IMG/VR virus record: IMGVR_UViG_3300037041_002705
Location: 1 to 64,000 of that record
Source of the DNA: a virus
Length of the DNA stretch: 64,000 nucleotides
Strand: one strand, 5' to 3'
The translations under genes were made by a program, and so were the position numbers. Below, in pieces: positions 17,212 through 25,903 of the stretch (within the stretch, counting starts at the first letter, position 1; each line of letters opens with the position of its first letter). The notes under the pieces are model-generated. The model saw only the letters and a list, made by a program, of their open reading frames with translations, did not search any database and had not been told where the DNA came from.

Positions 17212-17696
17212 TAAAACTCCCCTGTTGAACCAAATCCACCTGTTCCTCTATCTGATTCCGTCTTAGACCGAATCGATGACATGGATGACCATCTTGCCCA
17301 CATGTCTTCTTCGCCCTCTACTTCAGTTGGCTCTGCGAGAGAGATGGGAACGAGTATGAACTGGGCAATCTTCATTCCAGGCGTTACATTGACAGGGTCC
17401 TTTCCAACATTTATCAGGGAGATATGGATCTCTCCTTGATAGTCTGAGTCACATACACATGCAAGGGAAGTAAGATTATACTTCGTTGCGATGCCTGACT
17501 TGTTGAACAGTATCAATGCATGGCTTGGAGGATATGCACACTTTATCCCTGATGGGATGAGTATGGATGAACCAGGTCTGACCACCGTTTCTTGGAAGTC
17601 ATCTGGCACAAAAAAATCTATGCCCGCGCTCTCAGCGGTCCCTCTTGTAGGTGACTTTACGGGTCTTGTCTTGGTAAAAAAGAAATCGATTGACAT
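17211..17696 (-). CDS. dut: dUTPase
   Basis: SAGIDF, NKSG, DSDYQGEI, KIAQ, RGTGGFGSTG. Confidence 0.95.
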   Translation of the reverse strand: MSIDFFFTKTRPVKSPTRGTAESAGIDFFVPDDFQETVVRPGSSILIPSGIKCAYPPSHALILFNKSGIATKYNLTSLACVCDSDYQGEIHISLINVGKDPVNVTPGMKIAQFILVPISLAEPTEVEGEEDMWARWSSMSSIRSKTESDRGTGGFGSTGEF

Positions 17697-17744
17697 ATGT
17701 GTTATATCAATCGATTTCGTATGGTTATATGCTATTTTGCGGGA

Positions 17745-18137
17745 TTATCCCTTTGCTTTCCTAGGCTTGTAGTCAGTGACATCGATGTCAAAGCTCTTCT
17801 CCCTCTTGTGCGCTGGAAGCTCTGCAAGATCAAGATCTTCCATCTTGTCCTTTGATGACTCATCCTTTGTTGCACCGTCAACCATTGACTGGAGCTTTGC
17901 GTTCCTCTTTGCGTTTGTGAACTCTGCATAGCTGACAGTCTTTGGTGCGTACTTCATCTGGTCCATGACCTTCTTTGTCGTCAGACCTGGTGTCTGTTTG
18001 GCACCAGAAACTGGCTTCTCCATTGTTCCCTTGACATCTTCGCCGATGTCACTGTCTTTCATCTTTTGACCCTTTTGATACTTCTCTCCACTTGAGAGGA
18101 ATGCATCATAGTTCTTTGATTTATATGCTTTATCCAT
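17745..18137 (-). CDS. Lys/Asp-rich hypothetical protein
   Basis: 130-aa hydrophilic ORF with phage-like codon use; internal KTVSYAEF. Confidence 0.7.
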   Translation of the reverse strand: MDKAYKSKNYDAFLSSGEKYQKGQKMKDSDIGEDVKGTMEKPVSGAKQTPGLTTKKVMDQMKYAPKTVSYAEFTNAKRNAKLQSMVDGATKDESSKDKMEDLDLAELPAHKREKSFDIDVTDYKPRKAKG

Positions 18138-18167
18138 GACAGACTTTATTTTTGTTTTCTTACATTG

Positions 18168-18175
18168 GTATATAC
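18168..18175. promoter_or_regulatory. palindromic GTATATAC, possible bidirectional late promoter
   Basis: Sits midway between divergent starts at 18137 (-) and 18201 (+). Confidence 0.4.
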
Positions 18176-18200
18176 TACGAATTTGAAAAAAACATGCTAG

Positions 18201-18668
18201 ATGAGAAATTTTTTGAAGACATATTCTCAGATATTTGAAGAAGAGGAATCAAAATCACAACCACTGTTTGATGAATACCCAGAGTCATTGAAGAAGGACA
18301 TGGGAAAATTTGTCAAGTTCTTCAACAAGAATGTCATGCAACAGGTGAAGTGCAAGGTCAATTCTCTAAACTTTGATAGAAGAGAAGGAAGCATCACATA
18401 CATACGCTCAACTGACATAATTTCAAGCCAGTTAGGTCTATTGGGCCTTGTTGCTGATGCAGCAACAATACTCCTGAAGCTCACCCTGGATGATGTGAAG
18501 AAGGAAGCAAAGGGAAGTTTTTACCTCTGCTTTTTGGAACAAGAGATACCGTTTGGGGATATACTCCTCAAGAACGGCCAGATAATGTACGCAAGCATTG
18601 AGACCGGTGATTTTGTTGCAGTAGAAACAAGTGACTATGCAATAGGCCCTTCATCAGAACGAGTTTAA
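18201..18668 (+). CDS. hypothetical protein with capsid-targeting-like N-terminus
   Basis: Starts MRNFLKTYSQIFEEEE. Confidence 0.7.
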   Translation: MRNFLKTYSQIFEEEESKSQPLFDEYPESLKKDMGKFVKFFNKNVMQQVKCKVNSLNFDRREGSITYIRSTDIISSQLGLLGLVADAATILLKLTLDDVKKEAKGSFYLCFLEQEIPFGDILLKNGQIMYASIETGDFVAVETSDYAIGPSSERV

Positions 18669-18695
18669 TCAATAATCAAAATATAGGAGAAACAC

Positions 18696-18872
18696 ATGGA
18701 AGTTGTAACAAGAAGGGTGAAAAGCCTCTTGAAGAAGGTCGAAGATCCAAATGCAGAAAAGTTTGATCTTTTCATGCACGATGTTCTTAAGTCATTTCTG
18801 ACAGGCAGTCTTTCGCCAGAGCAAGCAAAGATCGTTATTGCATTGCTACAAAAGGAAGGCTACATAGCTTAA
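18696..18872 (+). CDS. small hypothetical protein (58 aa, not in the ORF track)
   Basis: MEVVTRRVKSLLKKVEDPNAEKFDLFMHDVLKSFLTGSLSPEQAKIVIALLQKEGYIA; AGGAGA upstream and a terminator downstream. Confidence 0.7.
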   Translation: MEVVTRRVKSLLKKVEDPNAEKFDLFMHDVLKSFLTGSLSPEQAKIVIALLQKEGYIA

Positions 18873-18896
18873 CTCTTAGGTAAATAAGAACTAATC

Positions 18897-18926
18897 AAAA
18901 AGGGGACATTCATTGTCCCCTTTTTT
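18897..18926 (+). terminator. intrinsic terminator
   Basis: AAAAAGGGGACA-TTCAT-TGTCCCCTTTTTT. Confidence 0.8.
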
Positions 18927-18935
18927 CATATATAG
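18927..18935 (+). promoter_or_regulatory. putative late promoter (CATATATAG), possibly leaderless
   Basis: Directly after the terminator and 3 nt before ATG 18939. Confidence 0.6.
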
Positions 18936-18938
18936 AGC

Positions 18939-19505
18939 ATGGGTGACCCCACACAATCAGCAGGGCTTCTGATGTACAGAAGGAATGGAAGTGACATAGA
19001 AGTGTTTCTATGCCGCCCATTCTCATTGGAAAGACAGAAGAGAAACCTTTGGGGGATCCCGAAGGGCAGGATCGATTCTGGAGAAAATCCAGAGGATGCT
19101 GCAAAGAGAGAGTTCTTTGAGGAAACAGGACTGACGCCGCCAAACGTACCACACTTTTACCTTGGAAAGATCATGTACCCGTCAGGCAAAAAGGAGGTTA
19201 GCGTTTGGACATTTGAGTTTGATCCTCCTAAAGGGTTTGTGTTTAAGAGTAACTACACAAAAACTAAGGATGAAGATGGTAACACCGTTGTTGTTCCAGA
19301 GATTGATGAATGGTCCTGGTTCAACATAAGGGACGCAAAGCAAAACATCATGATATCCCAGAGGGAGATACTATCAAGGTTTCTACGCTTCATGGGGAAA
19401 AACAAAAACACATATGGCAAAAAGAGCAACGGCAAAATCGATAGAACGGGCGATGGAAAAGATAGACTACAAGGAGTATCTAAATTCGGTGAACCTATCC
19501 GATAA
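18939..19505 (+). CDS. NUDIX hydrolase
   Basis: SAGLLMY, WGIPKG and Nudix box GRIDSGENPEDAAKREFFEETG; PEIDEWSWF. Confidence 0.92.
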   Translation: MGDPTQSAGLLMYRRNGSDIEVFLCRPFSLERQKRNLWGIPKGRIDSGENPEDAAKREFFEETGLTPPNVPHFYLGKIMYPSGKKEVSVWTFEFDPPKGFVFKSNYTKTKDEDGNTVVVPEIDEWSWFNIRDAKQNIMISQREILSRFLRFMGKNKNTYGKKSNGKIDRTGDGKDRLQGVSKFGEPIR

Positions 19506-20169
19506 ACAGAAAGAATTCTTTGCTTCAATAGAAAAGAACACAATAACAATAGCGACAGGGCCTGCAGGAACATCAAAGACATTTACTGCGTGCTATGCTG
19601 CAATAAAGAGCCTATCAAGCGCGTCACCAATTAACAAGATAATACTAACAAAGCCCATAGTTGAAGCAGGTGAAAACCTAGGATTTCTTCCGGGTTCAGT
19701 CGATGAAAAGATGGCGCCATACATGGAGAGCTTTGTTACGACATTCCATAAGATCATTGGAAAACCAATGTTTGAGAAGCTAAAAGAATCTGACAGAATA
19801 GAGATGAGGCCTGTTGCATACATGAGAGGGTCAACATTCAACAATGCATTCATGATCCTTGACGAAGCACAGAACATGAACTTTCACCAGCTCATGACAT
19901 ACATCACAAGGCTTGGAGAAAACAGCAGGATGGTCATATGCGGTGACGTTAGTCAACATGACATAAAGCACAATCTTGTTGCACTTCCAGAGTTTCAAAA
20001 GATGATCCAAGATGTCAACAGCATCGGAACATTCAACTTTGAGAAGAAGGACATTGTAAGGAACAAGATCATAATTGACATCGTTGAAAAGTACGAAGAA
20101 TGGAAAGAGAAGAATGTGACAACAAACGAAAATGGAAAGGGCAAAGGCAATGGCAATAAAGGATCATAA
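19414..20169 (+). CDS. phoH: PhoH family ATPase
   Basis: GPAGTSKT, GENLGFLPG, YMRGSTF, ILDEAQN, TRLGENS, GDVSQHD. Confidence 0.95.
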   Translation: MAKRATAKSIERAMEKIDYKEYLNSVNLSDKQKEFFASIEKNTITIATGPAGTSKTFTACYAAIKSLSSASPINKIILTKPIVEAGENLGFLPGSVDEKMAPYMESFVTTFHKIIGKPMFEKLKESDRIEMRPVAYMRGSTFNNAFMILDEAQNMNFHQLMTYITRLGENSRMVICGDVSQHDIKHNLVALPEFQKMIQDVNSIGTFNFEKKDIVRNKIIIDIVEKYEEWKEKNVTTNENGKGKGNGNKGS

Positions 20170-20371
20170 GTTCAAGGAACCAAAATACTTGGTTCAACCA
20201 CATGACAACAAGGAGTACTATTTTCAGGTTGCAAAGGAGTTCAAGAAGTCCCAGAGCAATAAGGACTTCACAACCATGAGCTACCAGGACTGGCTGAAGA
20301 AGTACAAGAAGAAATATGGCGTTAGTGGCGAAGGCGCCCTTGAGCCCATAGAAAAGGGTGATAAGCGCTGA
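20150..20371 (+). CDS. small basic hypothetical protein
   Basis: ORF overlapping the phoH end; start at 20150 or 20132. Confidence 0.6.
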   Translation: MAIKDHKFKEPKYLVQPHDNKEYYFQVAKEFKKSQSNKDFTTMSYQDWLKKYKKKYGVSGEGALEPIEKGDKR

Positions 20372-20378
20372 TATATAG
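20370..20378 (+). promoter_or_regulatory. putative late promoter (GATATATAG)
   Basis: Recurrent motif 16 nt before ATG 20395. Confidence 0.6.
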
Positions 20379-20394
20379 CCAAAATACTTTTCAA

Positions 20395-22020
20395 ATGGAT
20401 AAGAAAAAGATATTTGAGAATGTCTTTACACAGTCAGGAAAGTTAGGGATAAAGTTCTCTGATTTTCGGAATGTCTATGAAAGGACTGACTTTTCTGATG
20501 TTGACAAGAAGAAGCTGAATGAGATCTATCTCTGGGGCGATGATAGCACACTTCTGGATCAGGACAAGAGCCTCATGCAGGCGTTGAACATTGATACTGA
20601 AGATAAGGCCCTGATGGCAAAGATTTCAGCAGCAATTCCTGCCTATGCGCCATTCTTCCAAGGAGGAATGGAGAAGAAGGCAAAGGGCATCGATCTTGTC
20701 AGAGCACAGATAGACTACATAAAGACCGCAATCACATCATTTGAGAGCAAGTTTGTTTCTGCGATAACTGGAAAGGAAGAAGGAGAAACATTCAAGTCAG
20801 ACATCCTTGGAATAAGAGGAATTGCAGGAGAGGTCAACATATCGCAGGAGCTCGTCAACAAGATAGCACAGGTGTTCAGCCGTGCGACTGCAGCTCCATT
20901 GAAGCCAACGATAGATGAGTTTGTTCAGAGCGATGAAGGCAAGAAGCTTGTCTCTCTTCTTGAAGAGATCGGTGCAAACAAGGGCGTGACAGGAACAGAG
21001 AGGCTCATAAATGAAATGTTCTCAAAGACACTAAAGACCCTTGGAACAGCAAACATTGATGTTGCAATGAATGCAGCTGATAACACAGATCTTGAGGAGA
21101 TCACTGTTGAGACTGCCGTACTTGATCAAGTTCAAGACTATGTTGCAACCCAGAGCCCGATGACAGAGCTTGAGCTCATGATGTCTATGGATCCGTTTGT
21201 TCGTCTTGGCATCTTTTATCAGCTTGCCATCCAGCAGGATAAGGCATTCATGGATCGTGTTATGCCCGCAGCACTTGGTGAAGGAATGAACTACAATGCA
21301 ATGATCCAAAGGGGCAAGATGAATGATGAGTCCCTTAAGATACTTTTTGGAAGAGGAGTAAAGACTGAAGGAGTAAAGGACATTCTTTCATCCGTTGATT
21401 CAATCTCAATGGACATAATATCATTGAAGTGGTCAGGGACGGAAGCAGAAGAAGTTAAGGCAACACTGTTCATACCTGCAATGCAGGCTGTGTATGTTGC
21501 GCTCCTTAATTTTGTTGTCATGAAGGGGCTCTATGCGTATCTGACAAAGAAGACTGTAATTGTCACAAAGGCAAAGGCAGCAGAAGAGGTAGAAAGGACA
21601 AAGAAGGCGGAAGCAACAAAAGCAGCAAGAACGCCCGCAATGATGGAGGATTCTGAAAGAGGAAAGAAGATAGCAGCTTTGTTTAGAGACCCTAACCTAA
21701 AAGCAATGTTGTCTGACAGCGTACTGTACCTTCCAGGAAAGCCAGGCTATGATCCAAGTAAGGTAAAGGCATTAAAGGAACTTGTATATTACACATTTGG
21801 CGGAAAGGAGACCGGCATAGATAGTGTTAGAAATTGGGACATTTCAAAAAATCCGTTAGACGGCAACTATGACCAATTCTTTTCAAACATAATACGCGAC
21901 ATACAAACCAAGTATGGCGTTCCTCCACTGAGAAATGGAGCAGGCGATGGAAAGATTGGTCCTATAACAAAGGAATTCTTACAGAAGGTAATGCCTCTTG
22001 CAATAGCCGAGCTAGTATAA
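20395..22020 (+). CDS. hypothetical protein with C-terminal peptidoglycan-binding-like domain
   Basis: C-terminal DGNYD...IRDIQTKYG...DGKIGPIT resembles PG_binding_1. Confidence 0.65.
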   Translation: MDKKKIFENVFTQSGKLGIKFSDFRNVYERTDFSDVDKKKLNEIYLWGDDSTLLDQDKSLMQALNIDTEDKALMAKISAAIPAYAPFFQGGMEKKAKGIDLVRAQIDYIKTAITSFESKFVSAITGKEEGETFKSDILGIRGIAGEVNISQELVNKIAQVFSRATAAPLKPTIDEFVQSDEGKKLVSLLEEIGANKGVTGTERLINEMFSKTLKTLGTANIDVAMNAADNTDLEEITVETAVLDQVQDYVATQSPMTELELMMSMDPFVRLGIFYQLAIQQDKAFMDRVMPAALGEGMNYNAMIQRGKMNDESLKILFGRGVKTEGVKDILSSVDSISMDIISLKWSGTEAEEVKATLFIPAMQAVYVALLNFVVMKGLYAYLTKKTVIVTKAKAAEEVERTKKAEATKAARTPAMMEDSERGKKIAALFRDPNLKAMLSDSVLYLPGKPGYDPSKVKALKELVYYTFGGKETGIDSVRNWDISKNPLDGNYDQFFSNIIRDIQTKYGVPPLRNGAGDGKIGPITKEFLQKVMPLAIAELV

Positions 22021-22039
22021 TCCAAAATAAAAGTGAATC

Positions 22040-22732
22040 ATGATAAAGACGTTTGAACAATTTAATACGGTTTTACCAGTAAATGAGGGAGAAGTTGGCA
22101 TGTACATGCCAGACCGTACTTTTATTTCTCCGGATTCTTCATATTGGCAGAAGACAATAAACTTTTTTAAGCAGGAGACTGGGAAAGATCTCACGACATT
22201 TAAGTGGGTATTCCAGGATAACAACATCGAAAATGCAATAATACCACAGAACTTTGTAATTGCATTGCTATCATCATCACCAGTGACGTCAAAGTACAAA
22301 GGCATGATTGATTACCTTAAAGACTTTCTTTCACAGGGTAACCTAAAGTATGAGACAGGGAACGGTGAGGATTATGTAAGCGGAGGGCTCTCATTACAGA
22401 ACTCAAAGGCACTGTATAAAATTTGGGTTGACCATTTCTACGGCCCTATCAAAAAGGCAATACAGACCAAGAACTTTGATTCAATAAACCCTACGGGGAT
22501 GGAATCATTTGAAGAAAGGATGCATATATTTAGCATGGATTTTGACAGCGACTGGTCGCAATTCTTTTCTACTATAAAGTTGGGGCTGCAGCCAGTAGAA
22601 GCAGAAGCTGCTCCACAGCCAGTAAGCCAAGTAATGCCACAACAACAAACGCAGACAAAGGCCGCCCAACCAAGGCCAGCTGGAAGAGCAAAGTCCGGTG
22701 GATCATATAGCCTTCCAACGTCATTTAAGTAA
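22040..22732 (+). CDS. hypothetical protein with capsid-targeting-like N-terminus
   Basis: Starts MIKTFEQFNTVLPVNE; Gln/Pro-rich tail. Confidence 0.75.
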   Translation: MIKTFEQFNTVLPVNEGEVGMYMPDRTFISPDSSYWQKTINFFKQETGKDLTTFKWVFQDNNIENAIIPQNFVIALLSSSPVTSKYKGMIDYLKDFLSQGNLKYETGNGEDYVSGGLSLQNSKALYKIWVDHFYGPIKKAIQTKNFDSINPTGMESFEERMHIFSMDFDSDWSQFFSTIKLGLQPVEAEAAPQPVSQVMPQQQTQTKAAQPRPAGRAKSGGSYSLPTSFK

Positions 22733-22760
22733 ACACAATAGACATATGTCAGATAAAAGG

Positions 22761-22792
22761 ACCTAAGATCTCAAATCATCTTAGGTTTTTTT
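22761..22792 (+). terminator. hairpin plus T-run directly before the clamp-loader start
   Basis: ACCTAAGAT-loop-ATCTTAGGT followed by TTTTTT then ATG. Confidence 0.55.
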
Positions 22793-23752
22793 ATGTCTAC
22801 CACTCAGAAGCTATTCACAGAAAAGTTCCGCCCAAAGAGCCTTGAGCACATGATTCTGCTCCCAAGGATCCAGGCACACGTAAAGGATGGAAGGCTCCAC
22901 CAGAACCTTCTTCTTACAGGAAATCCAGGAACAGGAAAGACCACTCTTGCAAGAATACTTGCATCGGGGTACGATCACCTCTACATAAATGTGTCAAATG
23001 AATCATCGGTTGAGACCGTCAGGACACAGATCATAGACTTCTGCTCAACCGTATCGCTCCTTAACACTAGTGGCGATAGGATGAAGGTCGTGCTCCTTGA
23101 TGAGATGGATGGGGCAAGCGAACAGTTTTATAAGGCCCTTCGTGCAACCATTGAGCAGTTCTCAGCAACAACAAGGTTTGTTGGGACATGCAACTACATC
23201 AACAAGGTTCCGGACCACATACAATCAAGGTTTGAGGTCATATCATTTGATCCAGTGAATCGTGAAGAAGAGCAGTGGCTCTTTAACATACAGGTCAAGA
23301 GGCTGTCAATCCTCATAGAAAAGCTTGGCATAGAAATGGAAGCAGATGCGATGACGGAGTTCATCAAGAGGAACTTCCCTGACATGAGGACAATGTACAA
23401 CCGTATTCAAGGTTGGCACATAAAGGGAATCAAACAGATTCGTATAGAGGACATAAAGAGCCTCAATTGGTCATTTGTTGAGCTGTTCCAGCTTGTTTCA
23501 GCCCAGAGCGACCCTATCAACAACTACAAGGAGATACTCTCTGGATATTCAGACAAAGTCGATGATGTTCTACAGTCTCTTGGCACTGAGTTCATTGAGT
23601 GGCTGCGTGAGAACAAGCCAGATAAGGTCAAGAAGATCCCTGAGATAATAATCCTTGTTGCAAAGTACCAGGCCCAGAGGACCCAAGTAATTGACCAGGT
23701 GGTAAACCTTCTTGCTCTGGTGTTTGAGATTCAGCAGTCCCTGAGCAAGTGA
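22793..23752 (+). CDS. sliding clamp loader AAA+ subunit (T4 gp44/RFC-like)
   Basis: EKFRPKSL, GNPGTGKTT, LLDEMD, ALRATIE, IQSRF, FPDMR. Confidence 0.92.
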   Translation: MSTTQKLFTEKFRPKSLEHMILLPRIQAHVKDGRLHQNLLLTGNPGTGKTTLARILASGYDHLYINVSNESSVETVRTQIIDFCSTVSLLNTSGDRMKVVLLDEMDGASEQFYKALRATIEQFSATTRFVGTCNYINKVPDHIQSRFEVISFDPVNREEEQWLFNIQVKRLSILIEKLGIEMEADAMTEFIKRNFPDMRTMYNRIQGWHIKGIKQIRIEDIKSLNWSFVELFQLVSAQSDPINNYKEILSGYSDKVDDVLQSLGTEFIEWLRENKPDKVKKIPEIIILVAKYQAQRTQVIDQVVNLLALVFEIQQSLSK

Positions 23753-24949
23753 TCAGGAATACTTTGATGCAAGCAGCTTCCAGTTTGGCGCTCCGCTCAA
23801 TCTGATCTTTATTGCCTTTATCAGTGTCCTGACGTTTGCCGTCTCCTCTGTTGACTTGTATTCATTCTTCATGAAGTTAAACACTTCCTTCTTGGTTGCA
23901 AGATCAACGTTTGGAAGTATGTTTGGAAGGTTCTTCTCCATTATGTTGAACACCTCTTCCTCGGACAGGCTTATGTCTATCGTGTAGCTTCTTGTCCTTA
24001 CGGCAGGATCGATCTTCTCCATTGGCATGTTTGATATGAAGATGATCTGCCCATCAAACGTGAACCTGTTTGGAACTGGCCTTGACTCAGTTGGTGACTG
24101 TGTTGCCGGGTCGTATGTGGACTTTGAGAGCCAAGAGATCTCTCGCTCATCGTAGCTGTCAAGCGCTGCCTTTAGGATGTTGACGCCATCTGCGTCCTTG
24201 AATATGCTGTCACAGTCATCAAATATGACTATCTTTCCGTTGTTGTAGAAGAGCGACTTATACATTGAAAGGGCCGTAGATGCACCCTTTATCACGACGT
24301 ATTCCTCGTCCTTTACCAGGTCAAATTCTTTCAATGTGCTCATGACGGTATGGGTCTTTCCAATTCCACCACGGCCTGTTATGATGAGGGACGGGTTCAC
24401 ATTATTTATGACCATTATGACAAGCGTCCTCAGCTCATCAAATATGCTAAACTCGTCATCGCTGAATTCTGACTGTGGCTGAACGACATCGTCCGTCTCC
24501 TCTGGTGGGGCTGGGACTATTCTAGGCGTTGATCCCTGTGATTCTGCTTCGAGGGTCATTGCCATCTTTGCCTGAGGCGCCTGCTTTCCGTGGGCAATTG
24601 AAGTTATTATGTCGATTAGCTTTGGGGATATCATCTTAAACAGCTCAAAGTTTCCAAGAAGGGAAACCTTTGGCATCACTTCATTATTTCCTTTGCTGTT
24701 CCAAACATCGATCATTGCAGGTTCGGTTGTCCCCTGCTTCCAGTTTACCCTGAAGAGAATGTCGCCCAGGTACATCCTCAGTCCAAGAAAGACATCATTT
24801 GTGCCCTCTTTGTTGATCTTCTCTGGCCATGGATCGATTGATAGCCTTGGCTCTGCCTGTGTAAAGGTCTTGATCAGCAGGTTGACACGGTTTGGGAGGT
24901 CGTAGTTTGCCTTCTCGTTAAGTGCCTCAAAATCATTGAATTTAAGCAT
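23753..24949 (-). CDS. AAA-type ATPase with capsid-targeting-like N-terminus
   Basis: Walker A GRGGIGKT, Walker B IVIFDDCD, LKAALDS, FISN; starts MLKFNDFEALNE. Confidence 0.85.
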   Translation of the reverse strand: MLKFNDFEALNEKANYDLPNRVNLLIKTFTQAEPRLSIDPWPEKINKEGTNDVFLGLRMYLGDILFRVNWKQGTTEPAMIDVWNSKGNNEVMPKVSLLGNFELFKMISPKLIDIITSIAHGKQAPQAKMAMTLEAESQGSTPRIVPAPPEETDDVVQPQSEFSDDEFSIFDELRTLVIMVINNVNPSLIITGRGGIGKTHTVMSTLKEFDLVKDEEYVVIKGASTALSMYKSLFYNNGKIVIFDDCDSIFKDADGVNILKAALDSYDEREISWLSKSTYDPATQSPTESRPVPNRFTFDGQIIFISNMPMEKIDPAVRTRSYTIDISLSEEEVFNIMEKNLPNILPNVDLATKKEVFNFMKNEYKSTEETANVRTLIKAIKIRLSGAPNWKLLASKYS

Positions 24950-24975
24950 AATTGCTGAACCTATCTAAATTTAGA

Positions 24976-24984
24976 CTATATATT
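24976..24984 (-). promoter_or_regulatory. putative late promoter (AATATATAG)
   Basis: Recurrent motif 26 nt before ATG 24949. Confidence 0.6.
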
Positions 24985-25063
24985 TCATGAATGCTGCAAT
25001 TATGTCAACGGAATTGCTTATATTGGTTTTCTAACAGTTTCTCATACCATTTAGGATTGATAT

Positions 25064-25816
25064 ATGTTTATAGATTTCTCTGGCCTCATGTGTTTTGACC
25101 TTGAGACCACAAGCTCACACAGGACATTAGAAGAGATGGGCGACAGCAACCCACGGATGGTTGATCTATGGCAAAGGCTGTGTGAAAAGAGAAGGAAGGC
25201 AGGAGATGAACGCTTCCTTGAATGCGCTTCGGATGATGAAGCATACTTTAGCAATGCTGGACTATACCCTGAATTTGGGAGAATTGTCAACGCATCATTT
25301 GCACGGTATGACGAGTCAATAGATGGCCCTGGAACGATACAGGTTATATCTGTCGGAGGAGAGAATGAGTGCGAGATAATAGATGCATCAAACAAGATAT
25401 TCTCAAAGTCTTCCTGGCTGGCAGGCCATAATGTGAAGGGGTTTGACGTGCCCTTCTTTTCACGACGTGCATTCATCAATGGAATTCAACCAAGCGACAA
25501 CATTGATACAACGACAAAGAAGCCATGGGATGTTCGTATACTTGACACACAAGAGATCTGGAAGTTTGGTTCATTCAATCATGCATACACAAGCCTTGAC
25601 CTGTTAACAACGAGCCTTGGGATGGAAAGCCCAAAGCTTGAGCATTTTGGTGCACATGTGTCGGAGCTGTTCTGGAAGGATCAGGACTTTGAAGAGATTG
25701 CAAAGTACTGTGAAGGAGACGTCATCTCAACATTGAAGGTGCTGGTAAAGTTCAGCAATGTGGCAATTGATCTGTCCCAAATAAGTGTGGAAAGGAAGCC
25801 AATGAGGCTCGCCTAA
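25064..25816 (+). CDS. 3'-5' exonuclease (PolB exonuclease-like)
   Basis: FDLET, GLYPEFGRIV, GHNVKGFDVPF, KKPWDV..LDT..IWKFG, YCEGDV. Confidence 0.9.
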   Translation: MFIDFSGLMCFDLETTSSHRTLEEMGDSNPRMVDLWQRLCEKRRKAGDERFLECASDDEAYFSNAGLYPEFGRIVNASFARYDESIDGPGTIQVISVGGENECEIIDASNKIFSKSSWLAGHNVKGFDVPFFSRRAFINGIQPSDNIDTTTKKPWDVRILDTQEIWKFGSFNHAYTSLDLLTTSLGMESPKLEHFGAHVSELFWKDQDFEEIAKYCEGDVISTLKVLVKFSNVAIDLSQISVERKPMRLA

Positions 25817-25903
25817 AGGTCTATAGGGAATACTAAAATCGGGCCCATAAGTCTTTTATACAATGACTGAGGCCAATGTTTCAAAAATTTATGGTAAATT
25901 ACA

